Below, piece after piece: positions 37,857 to 48,215 of a DNA stretch of 61,777 bases. The notes beneath the pieces were generated by a model, which searched no databases, had not been told where the DNA came from, and was given only the letters and a program-made list of their open reading frames with translations. The stretch comes from a virus. Its lineage: Duplodnaviria; Caudoviricetes. The DNA is taken from the IMG/VR virus record IMGVR_UViG_3300027779_002131, positions 1-61,777 of that record, one strand, 5' to 3'. The position numbers and the translations under genes are program-made. Positions within the stretch are counted from its first letter, which is position 1. The number at the start of each line of letters is the position of its first letter.

Positions 37857-38045
37857 ATGATTAAAATAACTACATTAGTATTAATATTACTATTAACAGG
37901 ATGTAATAGCACATTTACATTTCGCTTTGCAACGAGCGACTCTCAATTTGATTACATGCCAGATCCATTAACGTGGGATAGAAATATACGAGATTGTAGA
38001 AGTGAGCCACAATGTAATGCGGCAGATTTGTTTAATAGATTTTAA
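37857..38045 (+). CDS. Small lipoprotein
   Basis: AGGAGG SD and LTGC lipobox. Confidence 0.75.
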   Translation: MIKITTLVLILLLTGCNSTFTFRFATSDSQFDYMPDPLTWDRNIRDCRSEPQCNAADLFNRF

Positions 38046-38323
38046 AGACCTACTTTAACAGTAATAGCACCAAGGGTAACAGGATGCAAACATGATCCTG
38101 TACTCTGCTTGTTCATTGTAACCGGCTTGCTCATTGCAAATACTGTTTTACTGCATGTTGGTAGTAAAACTATTGCCGCGGCATGTTTATTCTCACCATG
38201 CGTTGCTATTGTATCATTGGCTGTACTAACAATTGAAGCTTCAGCAAACACCGTAGGTGCGCCTGGACCAGTGATTGCGCCTGGGCCTACTAACGATGTA
38301 CCTACTTTTCCTATTCCGAACAT
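38042..38323 (-). CDS. PAAR-like tail spike tip protein (T4 gp5.4-like)
   Basis: G.PTVF / SKTVF / GAITVKVG repeats with H..H and CxH zinc ligands. Confidence 0.8.
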   Translation of the reverse strand: MFGIGKVGTSLVGPGAITGPGAPTVFAEASIVSTANDTIATHGENKHAAAIVLLPTCSKTVFAMSKPVTMNKQSTGSCLHPVTLGAITVKVGL

Positions 38324-38328
38324 AACAA

Positions 38329-38643
38329 TTATTTATCTTCTTTAATATCTGCTTCTGCTTCTGCTTCAGATTCAAGCATAGCGTTGTAGTCCTTATTAGT
38401 GTTCTCTAACGTTGGTAACACACAAAGAATGGTGTTGAGTTGCATAGTTACTATTTCTGCTTTAGCAGTTAGTACAAACGGTCCTAGCACTACGTCTGGG
38501 CCATTAATTAATACTGACCTTGGGTTTTGAATTGTAATGCAATCATCTTCTATATTAATAAGTTTACCAATAAACTCATCATTAGTAATACTTCTAACTG
38601 TAACTGTTTCTGATAGTTGATCTTCTAATATTGTAGTAAACAT
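38329..38643 (-). CDS. Second Sm-like-fold protein
   Basis: VTVRSITNDEFIGKL...I.IQNP; resembles 11119-11406. Confidence 0.55.
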   Translation of the reverse strand: MFTTILEDQLSETVTVRSITNDEFIGKLINIEDDCITIQNPRSVLINGPDVVLGPFVLTAKAEIVTMQLNTILCVLPTLENTNKDYNAMLESEAEAEADIKEDK

Positions 38644-38885
38644 TATATTGTACCTAGTTTGTTTGTGTCTATCAGTGCTTTAAATTCTGTAAAGCCACCA
38701 ATTTTTTCGCCATCGACAATTATTTGAGGGAATGTTCTTGCAGTTGGGAAGATTTCCATTAGGTCTTCTCTAATAAAATCTTCATCTAACATTTTGTATG
38801 TTAGTTCGTACCCTTCCCTTTCTGCCAATGCTTTTGCCTGTGTGCAAAAAGGACATTGTGGTTTGCTATAAATTTCTACTATCAT
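38643..38885 (-). CDS. Dithiol glutaredoxin
   Basis: CPFC, TFPQI and IGGF. Confidence 0.93.
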   Translation of the reverse strand: MIVEIYSKPQCPFCTQAKALAEREGYELTYKMLDEDFIREDLMEIFPTARTFPQIIVDGEKIGGFTEFKALIDTNKLGTI

Positions 38886-40012
38886 TATAAACTAAATCCT
38901 TTAAATGTGTCTTCGGTTACATCTTGCTTAGTACCACCAGTAATGTAACTACTAATTTCTGTTTCTTGTGGTGCTACTTGTACCTCACTACCACTAATCC
39001 ATTTTTGTGTCCACGGTAACGGGCTAGTTGCACTAGAAGTGTAAGGACAATTAAGTCCAACAGCTCTCATACGTTTGGCGCCAATCCACTCAACATAATT
39101 TTTAAGTAGTTCAGCGTTTAACCCGATCATACTACCATCTTTAAACAAGTAATCAGCCCAAGCCTTTTCTTGTTGTATGGCTTCCATAAACATCTCTACA
39201 CATGCACCATCAGTTTCTTTTGCAATTTTGGCAAAATCTTTGTCGTCTGTTTTTAACAGTTTCAACATCTGCTGGGTACTTGCTAAGTGAACGTTCTCAT
39301 CTCTAGCAATAAGTTTAATAATCTTTGCATTACCTTCCATCTTCTTAAGTTCTGCAAAGGCCCAACTACATGCAAATGATACATAAAAACGTACACCTTC
39401 AAGTATATTTACACTCATTAGGCATAACCATAGCTTCTTTTTGATCGAATATAAGTCAACTATAACTTTTTTGCCATTAACGGTATGTGTACCAACGCCT
39501 AACATCTTATAATAACCAATGTCTTCTATGAGGTCATCATAGTAACGACTAATAGTATCAGAACATGCTACAATCTCTCTCATATTCAACATGTTGTCAA
39601 ATACTACACTTGGATCAGAATAAATATTGCGTATAATATGTGTATAACTTCTACTGTGGATTGTTTCTGAAAATGCCCATGTTTCAATCCAAGTTTCTAA
39701 CTCTGGCAAACTTACTATAGGTAGCAATGCTAAATTAGGCGAACGGCCTTGTACACTATCTAAGATAATTTGTCTTTTTAAATTGCTAGTAAAAATGTGT
39801 TGTTCGTGTTCTGTTAGATCTCTAAAGTCTTTTGTGTCTTTAGTGATGTCTACTTCTTCGGGTCGCCAAAAGAAACCTAACTGCTTTTCTGTTAGCTTAT
39901 CAAATTGTCTATATTTTAATACATCGAATCGCTGGACATTTACTCCGCCTGATGCATCTAAAAACATACTACTCTTAGTATTGTCTTTAGGCTTGGTATT
40001 AAAGACGCTCAT
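38885..40012 (-). CDS. nrdB: Ribonucleotide reductase class Ia beta subunit
   Basis: FFWRPEE, ETIHSRSY, EGVRFY, DENVH and VAPQETE. Confidence 0.98.
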   Translation of the reverse strand: MSVFNTKPKDNTKSSMFLDASGGVNVQRFDVLKYRQFDKLTEKQLGFFWRPEEVDITKDTKDFRDLTEHEQHIFTSNLKRQIILDSVQGRSPNLALLPIVSLPELETWIETWAFSETIHSRSYTHIIRNIYSDPSVVFDNMLNMREIVACSDTISRYYDDLIEDIGYYKMLGVGTHTVNGKKVIVDLYSIKKKLWLCLMSVNILEGVRFYVSFACSWAFAELKKMEGNAKIIKLIARDENVHLASTQQMLKLLKTDDKDFAKIAKETDGACVEMFMEAIQQEKAWADYLFKDGSMIGLNAELLKNYVEWIGAKRMRAVGLNCPYTSSATSPLPWTQKWISGSEVQVAPQETEISSYITGGTKQDVTEDTFKGFSL

Positions 40013-40023
40013 TAACTCTTTCC

Positions 40024-42333
40024 TTAAATTTTACAACTATCGCAATCGTCATCATCTACTGAGGTAACAAAGTTTGCTTCAACTGACTTACGCGATTCTT
40101 CTTTATCAATATCTATCTCGCCTTGGCCGTCGTGTGTGTTATTATAGTACAACTGCTTTCCGCCATACTTATAAAACATGATAATATGCTGTAGTAGTAC
40201 ACTCATCGGAATTTTTTCATCCTCAAAATGTTCTGGGTTATATGATGTATTCACAGAGATACCTTGATCGATATACTTCTGTAAAACTGCCATTATTTTT
40301 AAGTAACCTTCGGGACTTTTCTGATCCCAAAGTAGGTCATACTTATTTTTTAATTTTGCATACTGAGGTACTACTTGTTTTAGTACACCATGCTTACTTT
40401 GTTTAATACTTACAAAACTACGTGGTGGTTCAATACCGTTAGTGCTATTGCTAATTTGTGCAGATGTTTCTGCTGGCATTAGTGCCATTAGTGTCGAATT
40501 ACGAATACCAGAGAACTTTAGTTGTGCTCTTAGTCCTTTCCAATCCATTCTTTCTTTGTGTTTAACTAACTCGTCAACATCTTTCTTGTATGTTTGATTA
40601 GGTGTTATGCCGTCTCCGTACTTTGTTTCATTTGTACCAGGACATGCACCTTTCTCAACTGCCAAGTCTGCACTTGCTTTAATTAAGTAGTAACTCCATG
40701 CTTCTGCAAATTCATCAACTAATTCTAAGTTAGGGTCTTGGTAATTAGTATCATTTTTTGCTAACCAAAATGCAAAGTTAATAATACCAACACCTAAAGG
40801 ACGCCTTTTATATGTGGCTATCTCTGCCGCCAGTACTGGGTACTTTTGGTAGTCTAGCAACGCATCTAAGCCCCTTACAGCAAGTTCGCAAGGCTTAGCA
40901 AAGTCTTGTGGGGTCTTTATTCTTCCCCAGTTAATTGCTGACAATGTACACAATGCAATCTCGCCTTCTTCGTCATTAATTGTTGTTAACGGCTTAGTTG
41001 GTAGATTAATTTCTGTACATAAGTTAGACTGTCTAATAGGTGCTACATCTTCTTTGAACGATCCATGTGTGTTTGCATGGTCAACATTCATTAAGTATAT
41101 TCTACCTGTATCTTTTCTTTCTGTTGCAAATGCACTGAATAAGTCAATTGCTTTAATAGTTTTCTTACGCAACCGTGTATTACGTTCTGCTGTTTCGTAT
41201 AACTCTTGAAACTTTTCTTGGTTATTAAAGAATGCATCATATAATCCAGGAACATCAGGTGGTGAGAACAAAGTAATGTTTCCACCAGATAGTAATCTCT
41301 CATACATTAATTTGTTAAACTGTACACCATAGTCCATGTGTCTAACACGGTTTTCTTCTGTACCTTTGTTATTTTTGAGGACAAGCATGTCTTCAATTTC
41401 TAAATGCCATAAAGGATAATATAGTGTAGCCGCTCCGCCTCTTACTCCACCTTGTGAGCATGATTTAACTGCTGATTGAAATAATTTAAAGAAGGGGATA
41501 ACGCCTGTGTGAGTTGCATCTCCATTCCTAATAGGCGAACCTATTGCTCTAATACTACCTGCACCTATGCCTATGCCTGCCTTCTGGCTTACATACTTTA
41601 CTACGGCGCTTGTAGTTGCGTTAATGCTGTCTAAACTGTCACCTGTTTCAATGAGTACACATGAGCTAAACTGTCGCTGTGGTGTTCTAACACCTGCCAT
41701 TACTGGCGTAGGTAAACTAATGTAATGCGTACTGATTGCATCATAGTAATCTTTAACAGTTTGTAGTCTTGTTTCTTCTGGATATGCACTAAACAATGTT
41801 GCAGAAATCAGCATGTAAGCAACCTGTGGGGTTTCAAATATCTCCCCCGTATTACGATTTTGTACCAGGTATTTCCCTCTAAACTGTTCCATTGCGGCAT
41901 ACGTTAAACTTTCGTCACGCTCGTGTACAATGTAGTCACTTAGTTCGTCGATTTCGTCTTTAGTGTATAGTTCTAATATTTCTGCATCATAAAACCCTCT
42001 GTTAATATTATCCTGAATAATATCACACAAACAAGGTGGTGTAAATGTACCGTACACTTGCTTACGCAAATGATAGTTAATAAGTCTACCAGCAACAAAC
42101 TGATAGTTAGGGGTTTCTTCTGTGATTAAATCTGCGGCACTTTTGATTAGTGTTTCTTGTATTTCAGCACTAGTAATGCCAGTATAGAATTGGATGTGGC
42201 TCTTAATCTCAACTTCTGATTCACTAACGCCTGTAATATCTGCACAGGCGTGGAACACGACTTTATGCAGTTTGTCAAGTTCTAGCGGTTCTTTTCTACC
42301 GTCTCTCTTGCTAATTAAAATTTCTTTTGACAT
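40024..42333 (-). CDS. nrdA: Ribonucleotide reductase class Ia alpha subunit
   Basis: ATP cone, QFSSC, SNLCTE, YY and C-terminal CDSC. Confidence 0.98.
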   Translation of the reverse strand: MSKEILISKRDGRKEPLELDKLHKVVFHACADITGVSESEVEIKSHIQFYTGITSAEIQETLIKSAADLITEETPNYQFVAGRLINYHLRKQVYGTFTPPCLCDIIQDNINRGFYDAEILELYTKDEIDELSDYIVHERDESLTYAAMEQFRGKYLVQNRNTGEIFETPQVAYMLISATLFSAYPEETRLQTVKDYYDAISTHYISLPTPVMAGVRTPQRQFSSCVLIETGDSLDSINATTSAVVKYVSQKAGIGIGAGSIRAIGSPIRNGDATHTGVIPFFKLFQSAVKSCSQGGVRGGAATLYYPLWHLEIEDMLVLKNNKGTEENRVRHMDYGVQFNKLMYERLLSGGNITLFSPPDVPGLYDAFFNNQEKFQELYETAERNTRLRKKTIKAIDLFSAFATERKDTGRIYLMNVDHANTHGSFKEDVAPIRQSNLCTEINLPTKPLTTINDEEGEIALCTLSAINWGRIKTPQDFAKPCELAVRGLDALLDYQKYPVLAAEIATYKRRPLGVGIINFAFWLAKNDTNYQDPNLELVDEFAEAWSYYLIKASADLAVEKGACPGTNETKYGDGITPNQTYKKDVDELVKHKERMDWKGLRAQLKFSGIRNSTLMALMPAETSAQISNSTNGIEPPRSFVSIKQSKHGVLKQVVPQYAKLKNKYDLLWDQKSPEGYLKIMAVLQKYIDQGISVNTSYNPEHFEDEKIPMSVLLQHIIMFYKYGGKQLYYNNTHDGQGEIDIDKEESRKSVEANFVTSVDDDDCDSCKI

Positions 42334-42372
42334 TCATGTTCCTGTGTGTGAATTAGTTTTATGCTAAATGTT

Positions 42373-42401
42373 ATTATACATGTTACTATTTAGTTTGTCA
42401 A
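42373..42401 (-). promoter_or_regulatory. Sigma70-type promoter with embedded TAAATA, upstream of nrdA
   Basis: TTGACA-N17-TATAAT. Confidence 0.75.
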
Positions 42402-42835
42402 GCATAAAGTTTATCTAGTGTTATTATACTTTTATTGAACGTAACAGAATTGTCTCTAACATATTCTTCGGAGTGGGTTTCGCCTGCAATAAAATTAAAA
42501 AACTTACCATCTACTTCAAATATGGCTCCTTCTGCTCCTGTTATGTGATTACTTATCATTTCAAATGGTACAGAATTTGACTTTATGAAGCCCAAGTTCT
42601 GTAAGGTAGATGCTATAACAATTGACAAGCCTGTAGTACAGAATAAGCCGTCTTTAACTATATCAAAGACGTTAGGCCAATCCCGGGGATTATAATAATC
42701 AAGGTGTCGTTGCTTAGTTTTAACACTCTTAAACCCTAACGCAACATCTAAAAGAGTGCCGTCTTCTGGGAAGTCATTTCTAAAGGTACGCCATGCACGA
42801 AGTCTGGCATCGCCGTCCTGGGTATTTGTAAACAT
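42398..42835 (-). CDS. Hypothetical protein
   Basis: RLRAWR.FR...WP motif; packed behind the virion gene. Confidence 0.7.
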   Translation of the reverse strand: MFTNTQDGDARLRAWRTFRNDFPEDGTLLDVALGFKSVKTKQRHLDYYNPRDWPNVFDIVKDGLFCTTGLSIVIASTLQNLGFIKSNSVPFEMISNHITGAEGAIFEVDGKFFNFIAGETHSEEYVRDNSVTFNKSIITLDKLYA

Positions 42836-42845
42836 AAATTCCTAT

Positions 42846-45800
42846 TTAACTGAGTGCGGACCAACGATCTTGGACATATTTAAGTTTTAGTTGTACACCT
42901 ACATTATGCGTAATATTAGTGCTAGATTCTGCTTCTAACTGATTATTAACTAAGTATATACTTACAAGTCCTGCCGCATTCATTTGGGCTCTGAACTTAG
43001 GCTCAACTAATTGGTTAACATGAGTAGTAATTTCAGAATGACTTGAGAATGAATCATTAAAAATAACAGCGTTTGCAGTATCGGCAAATTCTTTTCTGCC
43101 TGCAATAGTCCATACACCTGTTCTAATGTACTTATTTGCTGATGCTAATGTTGATTCTTGCATACTATAATCTACTTTGTATACGTTGTATGTACTTCCA
43201 GTATCAAATGATGCAACAAGTCTTGCTGAACTTAAATCACTAGAAGAAACTCCGCCCGATCCTGGTATACCGTTATCGCCTGGTAACAAAATAATCTGCT
43301 CCATGCTGTTATAACTAGTAATTTTATTACCAAATGATGCGGCTTCTCTTGTAGAAATCTCAATATTGTTTTTAAGATTAACTAAACCTCTTGAACCTTT
43401 GTTAGTATCAAGTAGTTTGTCGTATAAACTTGTTCCGTATATTCTGTTAGTAATATCATTAAATATGCCAGCTTCTTCTCTACTACCAAATGTTATTTCA
43501 TTGAATGTGTTATCAATTGCTAAACTATATTGTGTAGAAATGTTAGTACTTTTAGGACTTAGTGTTGCATAAGTTGTACTATCACCTGGGAATACGTTAC
43601 TGAATAAGTTAACATCTCTGCTATTAACTGTTGTGTTCAGCCAAGTTTCAAATTTTGCTTTAACTGTATTGTTTGCTCTATCGTAAAACTTATCGGTTAA
43701 ACCTAGCACAGACAATGTTGCAGTTGTTTTATCTTCAAACAATGTAAATTCTAAACCACCTGTGCTTACTGAAGCGTATGCTGGTCTCTGTGAAATGTAA
43801 ACAGCATTTAATACTTTGTCTGTTTGGGGTATCCAATTAAGTTGTGGATAAATTTGTACGTTTGCGCCAGCAATTGGTACAAGGTTTTTATTAACTGTAG
43901 TAATAGCACTAGCAACTGTTGTGTTTGCTGACAAGTCTATTCCTAATACAGGTACTGCTTTAAATGATGTTGAACCAAAAGACAATGCTGACCTAGGCTC
44001 AATACCAACGCCAGATGCAGAAATTAATCCACCTGCGCCTGATTCTGTTAGCAGTTGTGCCGCTGTTGCCATATTAGCTACAAGGTTTTCTACATAAAAA
44101 GTATCAGTAGTTATATCAGCCGCTGTACTCTTAATATCGTAATTTACACCAGTAACTAGCACCGTAGGACCTGTTGCTCTAACAATTGAAGTTCCTGTGC
44201 TAATACTATGTGCTTCTGATATTACTTGTATTGTTTTGTTTACATCTGCTGAAGCACTACCGTGGTTTACATACTTAATACCGCCTGCGGCAATATTTGC
44301 TGTAAATGTTACGTTTGAATTACCTGATAATATATCATTTGTGTTAACTCTAATTGTAAAATGACTTTTGGCTTTAGATGCAACAACTTTAAACAATGTA
44401 TCATGTAGTTGACATGCACCTGCATCGCCTAAGTTATCAATAATACGAACATAGTCATTAACTTTAACTTCATTTGTTTTTAATGTTGCATCGTAAATTC
44501 TAATAACGCATGTAGTTGGGGTAGCATTTGTAAATCCGTTACCTGGGTATGCTGAATCAACTTCAACATTTGCACCTGCTGACCTTGATACTGTGTAAGG
44601 TAATGCTGGCATAGAAATAGTAATAGCTGAGCCGCCAATTCCTGATACAGGAAACTTAGCTCTACTTAGATATTCATTTTCGTTACCTGTTGTTCCTACT
44701 AGCATTACATCAGAATACTTGTACACACCTGCCGTGGCTGTTGTTTGGAACTTGCCTGCATCTGATGAAGAACTAAATGTAATAACATAGCTTTCTCCAT
44801 CATTGGAAGATATAACACTAGTTAACGCTGATGTCTCATCTTCTCTAGCAACATATAGTTTACCTAGTGTTAAGCCTGTTGTTGCTGTTATGTTAGCACC
44901 ATCGGCTGTACTTGTTATATGAATCATATCCATACCAACGTAGCCAACGCCAGTTGATTTACTTATTTGAATATTCTCTTTCTTAAATTGCTTGTAAGTA
45001 GGTAATAGTCCAGAATCCCATAATGTAGTATTCTGATAAAAACTTTGTAAAGGAACATGTGGAGAAATGTTACCTTTGTGTGATCCTGATTCTACACCTG
45101 CTATTGCTGAAATAACATTTGCATTTGAATAGTATGTAAGTGCGACCGAATCGTTTACAGATGGTATAGTTCTCATTGTTAAAGTATGAGAGCCTACACT
45201 TGAAATATTGCTACCGTCTATTGCAAAATCAACATTTGCTCCAGGGGTAAATGTTGTACTTGTAGATTCTCCAGACTGTTTAATAGAATTTTTAACTACT
45301 GTCACATCTTGTGAATGGAATGCTACATCAGTAAACATATTTTTTTGATGTTTAGGTACAAACGATACTGCTGTACCACTTGCTAATTCTGATATTGATT
45401 GGTCAATAGTAATAACATAGTAATTATTTGAAGAATGTTTTGCAACTGTATTAACTTTTGGTCTTGTTCCTGCATAACCTGAGATAATAATTTCATCGTG
45501 TACTCTAATATTACCAGTGGTATCGAGACCACCTACTATAGTCACTTGTATTTCAAAACTTCCTGCTGTTTTTGTTGCACTTAATGTTGATGCTATTGTG
45601 GCTGTAGATATTGGAGAGAAAACAGGGTAAGAAGAATCAGAGAAAGCACTTGCGACTACACCTGATAAAATACTTCTAGCATCTGTTGGTTGCCAGCTTT
45701 TAACTTTACTAATAGCATCAAACTCACCTTCAACAAAACGTACACAAGGAACGTTAAATGCAATAATGTTATTGTTAGCAATACTTGCCACATGAGATTT

Positions 45801-45998
45801 TGCACTTAAAGTATTTTCATAGTAACTTACACTATGATAATCTGATGTTGCTGGGTTAGTAGGATCACCACCAATATAGAGCTGTCTACTGTCTGTAGCC
45901 AGTCCAATTTCTCCAGGCCGTAACGGCTGAGGAAGATCTTGCTTAAGACCCCTGCGGTGTTGTATTCTCGATACTATTGTTTTGTCGTTATCTGCCAC
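42846..45998 (-). CDS. Large virion/tail protein
   Basis: SRIQHRRG..DLP..L.PGEIGLATD...LYIG tail-attachment-type N-terminus; S/T/G-rich; GTG start with AAGGAG. Confidence 0.8.
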   Translation of the reverse strand: MADNDKTIVSRIQHRRGLKQDLPQPLRPGEIGLATDSRQLYIGGDPTNPATSDYHSVSYYENTLSAKSHVASIANNNIIAFNVPCVRFVEGEFDAISKVKSWQPTDARSILSGVVASAFSDSSYPVFSPISTATIASTLSATKTAGSFEIQVTIVGGLDTTGNIRVHDEIIISGYAGTRPKVNTVAKHSSNNYYVITIDQSISELASGTAVSFVPKHQKNMFTDVAFHSQDVTVVKNSIKQSGESTSTTFTPGANVDFAIDGSNISSVGSHTLTMRTIPSVNDSVALTYYSNANVISAIAGVESGSHKGNISPHVPLQSFYQNTTLWDSGLLPTYKQFKKENIQISKSTGVGYVGMDMIHITSTADGANITATTGLTLGKLYVAREDETSALTSVISSNDGESYVITFSSSSDAGKFQTTATAGVYKYSDVMLVGTTGNENEYLSRAKFPVSGIGGSAITISMPALPYTVSRSAGANVEVDSAYPGNGFTNATPTTCVIRIYDATLKTNEVKVNDYVRIIDNLGDAGACQLHDTLFKVVASKAKSHFTIRVNTNDILSGNSNVTFTANIAAGGIKYVNHGSASADVNKTIQVISEAHSISTGTSIVRATGPTVLVTGVNYDIKSTAADITTDTFYVENLVANMATAAQLLTESGAGGLISASGVGIEPRSALSFGSTSFKAVPVLGIDLSANTTVASAITTVNKNLVPIAGANVQIYPQLNWIPQTDKVLNAVYISQRPAYASVSTGGLEFTLFEDKTTATLSVLGLTDKFYDRANNTVKAKFETWLNTTVNSRDVNLFSNVFPGDSTTYATLSPKSTNISTQYSLAIDNTFNEITFGSREEAGIFNDITNRIYGTSLYDKLLDTNKGSRGLVNLKNNIEISTREAASFGNKITSYNSMEQIILLPGDNGIPGSGGVSSSDLSSARLVASFDTGSTYNVYKVDYSMQESTLASANKYIRTGVWTIAGRKEFADTANAVIFNDSFSSHSEITTHVNQLVEPKFRAQMNAAGLVSIYLVNNQLEAESSTNITHNVGVQLKLKYVQDRWSALS

Positions 45999-46041
45999 TG
46001 TTAATGTCTCCTTACTTAACAGTATTTATCACATCTAGCAA

Positions 46042-46716
46042 CTATGCTTTATTATAATAGTCTGCTAATCGTGAGGCCCACTTGTGGCAGTACTCTTCGA
46101 ATTCGTCGCCTTCGATAATAAAGTCAGCATATTTGCCTTCTCTATCAACCATTAATATAGCAACTTGTTTAATATTTGTGTCAAACATCTCGTTATGTGC
46201 TAATGCGTATGCACAACCTTGCATAAAGTAATCGTCGATCCACTCACGCTTTTTAATTTTTTTAGAAGTTTTAAAGTCAATAATGCTCTCTACACCATTA
46301 AACATACCAACTGCATCACTTGTACCTGCATATAATCCTTTAGCAAGTAAGGCTACTTCTACTCCCCAAACTTCATTAACTTGGGATAAACCTTTATTAA
46401 CCATTTCATCTAGCATGGTTCTAGCTAGTATACTGATATGGTTGTTGCCTTTAATCTCATAGTCTTCAAGTAAAACATACTTCTCTAAGGCATTATGTAC
46501 TTTAGTACCAAGTCCTGCGGCTTCTTTGCTAATACGGTTAGCTTCTGCATCACCGACACGTTTGCGCCAGTTGATTAATGCTGTTTTGTCGCCAGTCTCA
46601 GATAGGACTGTAGTTACACTAGGAACAGGAACATTGTCGTCCCCTGTGTATTGTCGTTGTCCTGATTTTGCTGTTACTCTTTTGAGAGTTGGGTAAGTAA
46701 ATTTTTCTACAAGCAT
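46042..46716 (-). CDS. PD-(D/E)xK exonuclease
   Basis: PSVTTVL, GT.VH, AGTSD, IDFKTS and Q..AY. Confidence 0.9.
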   Translation of the reverse strand: MLVEKFTYPTLKRVTAKSGQRQYTGDDNVPVPSVTTVLSETGDKTALINWRKRVGDAEANRISKEAAGLGTKVHNALEKYVLLEDYEIKGNNHISILARTMLDEMVNKGLSQVNEVWGVEVALLAKGLYAGTSDAVGMFNGVESIIDFKTSKKIKKREWIDDYFMQGCAYALAHNEMFDTNIKQVAILMVDREGKYADFIIEGDEFEEYCHKWASRLADYYNKA

Positions 46717-46743
46717 TGAATATACCTTTATTGAATAACAACC

Positions 46744-46771
46744 ATTATAGCATGATTATTGTGTTTGTCAA
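46744..46771 (-). promoter_or_regulatory. Sigma70-type promoter
   Basis: TTGACA-N16-TATAAT. Confidence 0.75.
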
Positions 46772-46783
46772 CCTTTTTACACT

Positions 46784-47575
46784 CTATTTGGGTTTGTAGT
46801 AATATGGATTTAATCCATCTGTTTTAAACAATATGTATTCTGCGATACGTTTATGAGCCTCTTTATTTGGATGGCATTCATTAGGTGCAATGTAATCATA
46901 CTGCCCTATTGTACTTATAATTTCCTCATTAGGTATTAGTGTTGTATCTATGCCGCCGTCTGGGAAAACATTATCTCCAAATATGTGTTGTAGCATATTT
47001 GTATGTGCTGGAGAAATCCATTTGCTATCTGGTACAATGTTTACTTCAGGAACAAGATTCATTCCTGTCCACAATGGTATAATCTTAAGTTTAATATAAT
47101 TTGCTTTGCACAAACAATATATAGAATTTAAAATCATATTAGCATCAAAGTCTGCAAACTCTGGTAAGTTTTTTGATTTTTGAAAGTCTAACAGTTTTCC
47201 TCTAGAATATTGCTTAATACCTTGGAAGTGATGTCTCTTATAATTATAGTCAATGCCAAAGCCTCTAGTTGATGCTGTTGTTTGTAAGAAAAAAGTATAT
47301 TCGTTTTTGTCATTAAACTTGTTATTAGCAAACCAATTACACATCTCAAAGTATGCAAATTCGTAACTGCCGCCAGCAATACCAAAGTTTTGATAAGTCG
47401 CACCTCTGTGCTTTGATACTAATGCAGGATATGAATCGATTGGGTTTTGGGTGTTGTCTCTAAAATTAGGGAAACCAGTTTTAGTGAATGTTCTAATTTC
47501 AGATGAAGATAAGTTACTTGGGAGTTCGCTACCGATAGTCCAACTATCTCCGAACCATATGTCAATACGTTCCAT
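46784..47575 (-). CDS. SGNH-like hydrolase
   Basis: FGDSWTIG, NFGIAGGS and HPN; TAAATA-N5-ATG start. Confidence 0.78.
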   Translation of the reverse strand: MERIDIWFGDSWTIGSELPSNLSSSEIRTFTKTGFPNFRDNTQNPIDSYPALVSKHRGATYQNFGIAGGSYEFAYFEMCNWFANNKFNDKNEYTFFLQTTASTRGFGIDYNYKRHHFQGIKQYSRGKLLDFQKSKNLPEFADFDANMILNSIYCLCKANYIKLKIIPLWTGMNLVPEVNIVPDSKWISPAHTNMLQHIFGDNVFPDGGIDTTLIPNEEIISTIGQYDYIAPNECHPNKEAHKRIAEYILFKTDGLNPYYYKPK

Positions 47576-47592
47576 ACGCATATTTATAGTAA

Positions 47593-48210
47593 TTAAATGT
47601 TAGAGGTTATGAATCCTGACAGATATTCTGCAAAACTTTCATGTGTTCTAGGACCAAAATGCCCATCTGCAACTGAATCCAAATAAAAATCTACTAAACT
47701 TTCAGTGATATAGGGAATATTTGTCCAGTCAAATATGTATTGATCTATAAACTCTTTTTGTTGTGTCCATACACCTGGAATATTAATGCATACACCATAG
47801 TTGCTAGTAACATAAGAATTTGCAATGGCTATGTTTGTTTTTGCGTCATACAAAGATTTTTCTTCTGTCCAATATTTTGTATAATATTGAACAATATGAT
47901 TATCTTCTGATGAACTACAAAAAGTAGATAAGTCATTTTCACTATTTCTCATTTTACCTACTCTGCTTGGCTCTGGCCATAATACGCACACAATATCATC
48001 TTTTTGAATCTTTGTCTCTAGTATGCGACTTGCAGTATCACAAATAGATGTGCCACCAAATCCTAAGTTTTGATATTGTGAATTTAAACGATTTGCTGTT
48101 AAAGTTGGGAAAGTTTCTTTTGAATATGTACCAAAACTTGCAGTATGGTCTAAGCCTGAAAGGCCGTTTCCTTGAACAAAACTGTCACCAAAGAAAAAAA
48201 GTTTCTTCAC
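47593..48210 (-). CDS. SGNH-like hydrolase
   Basis: FGDSFVQG, NLGFGG and DGHFG. Confidence 0.8.
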   Translation of the reverse strand: MKKLFFFGDSFVQGNGLSGLDHTASFGTYSKETFPTLTANRLNSQYQNLGFGGTSICDTASRILETKIQKDDIVCVLWPEPSRVGKMRNSENDLSTFCSSSEDNHIVQYYTKYWTEEKSLYDAKTNIAIANSYVTSNYGVCINIPGVWTQQKEFIDQYIFDWTNIPYITESLVDFYLDSVADGHFGPRTHESFAEYLSGFITSNI

Positions 48211-48215
48211 TGGAT

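Noticed and set aside
30830-38045. RiPP or lasso-peptide cluster (Asn-synthetase-like, protease, radical SAM, amidating monooxygenase, short ORFs)
   Set aside because: No RRE or lasso peptidase, no transporter, the radical SAM lacks its Cys triad, and the short ORFs are TM helices without C-terminal Gly rather than leader-core precursors
38885-42333. Introns, inteins or homing endonucleases in nrdAB
   Set aside because: Both ORFs are continuous and of normal length
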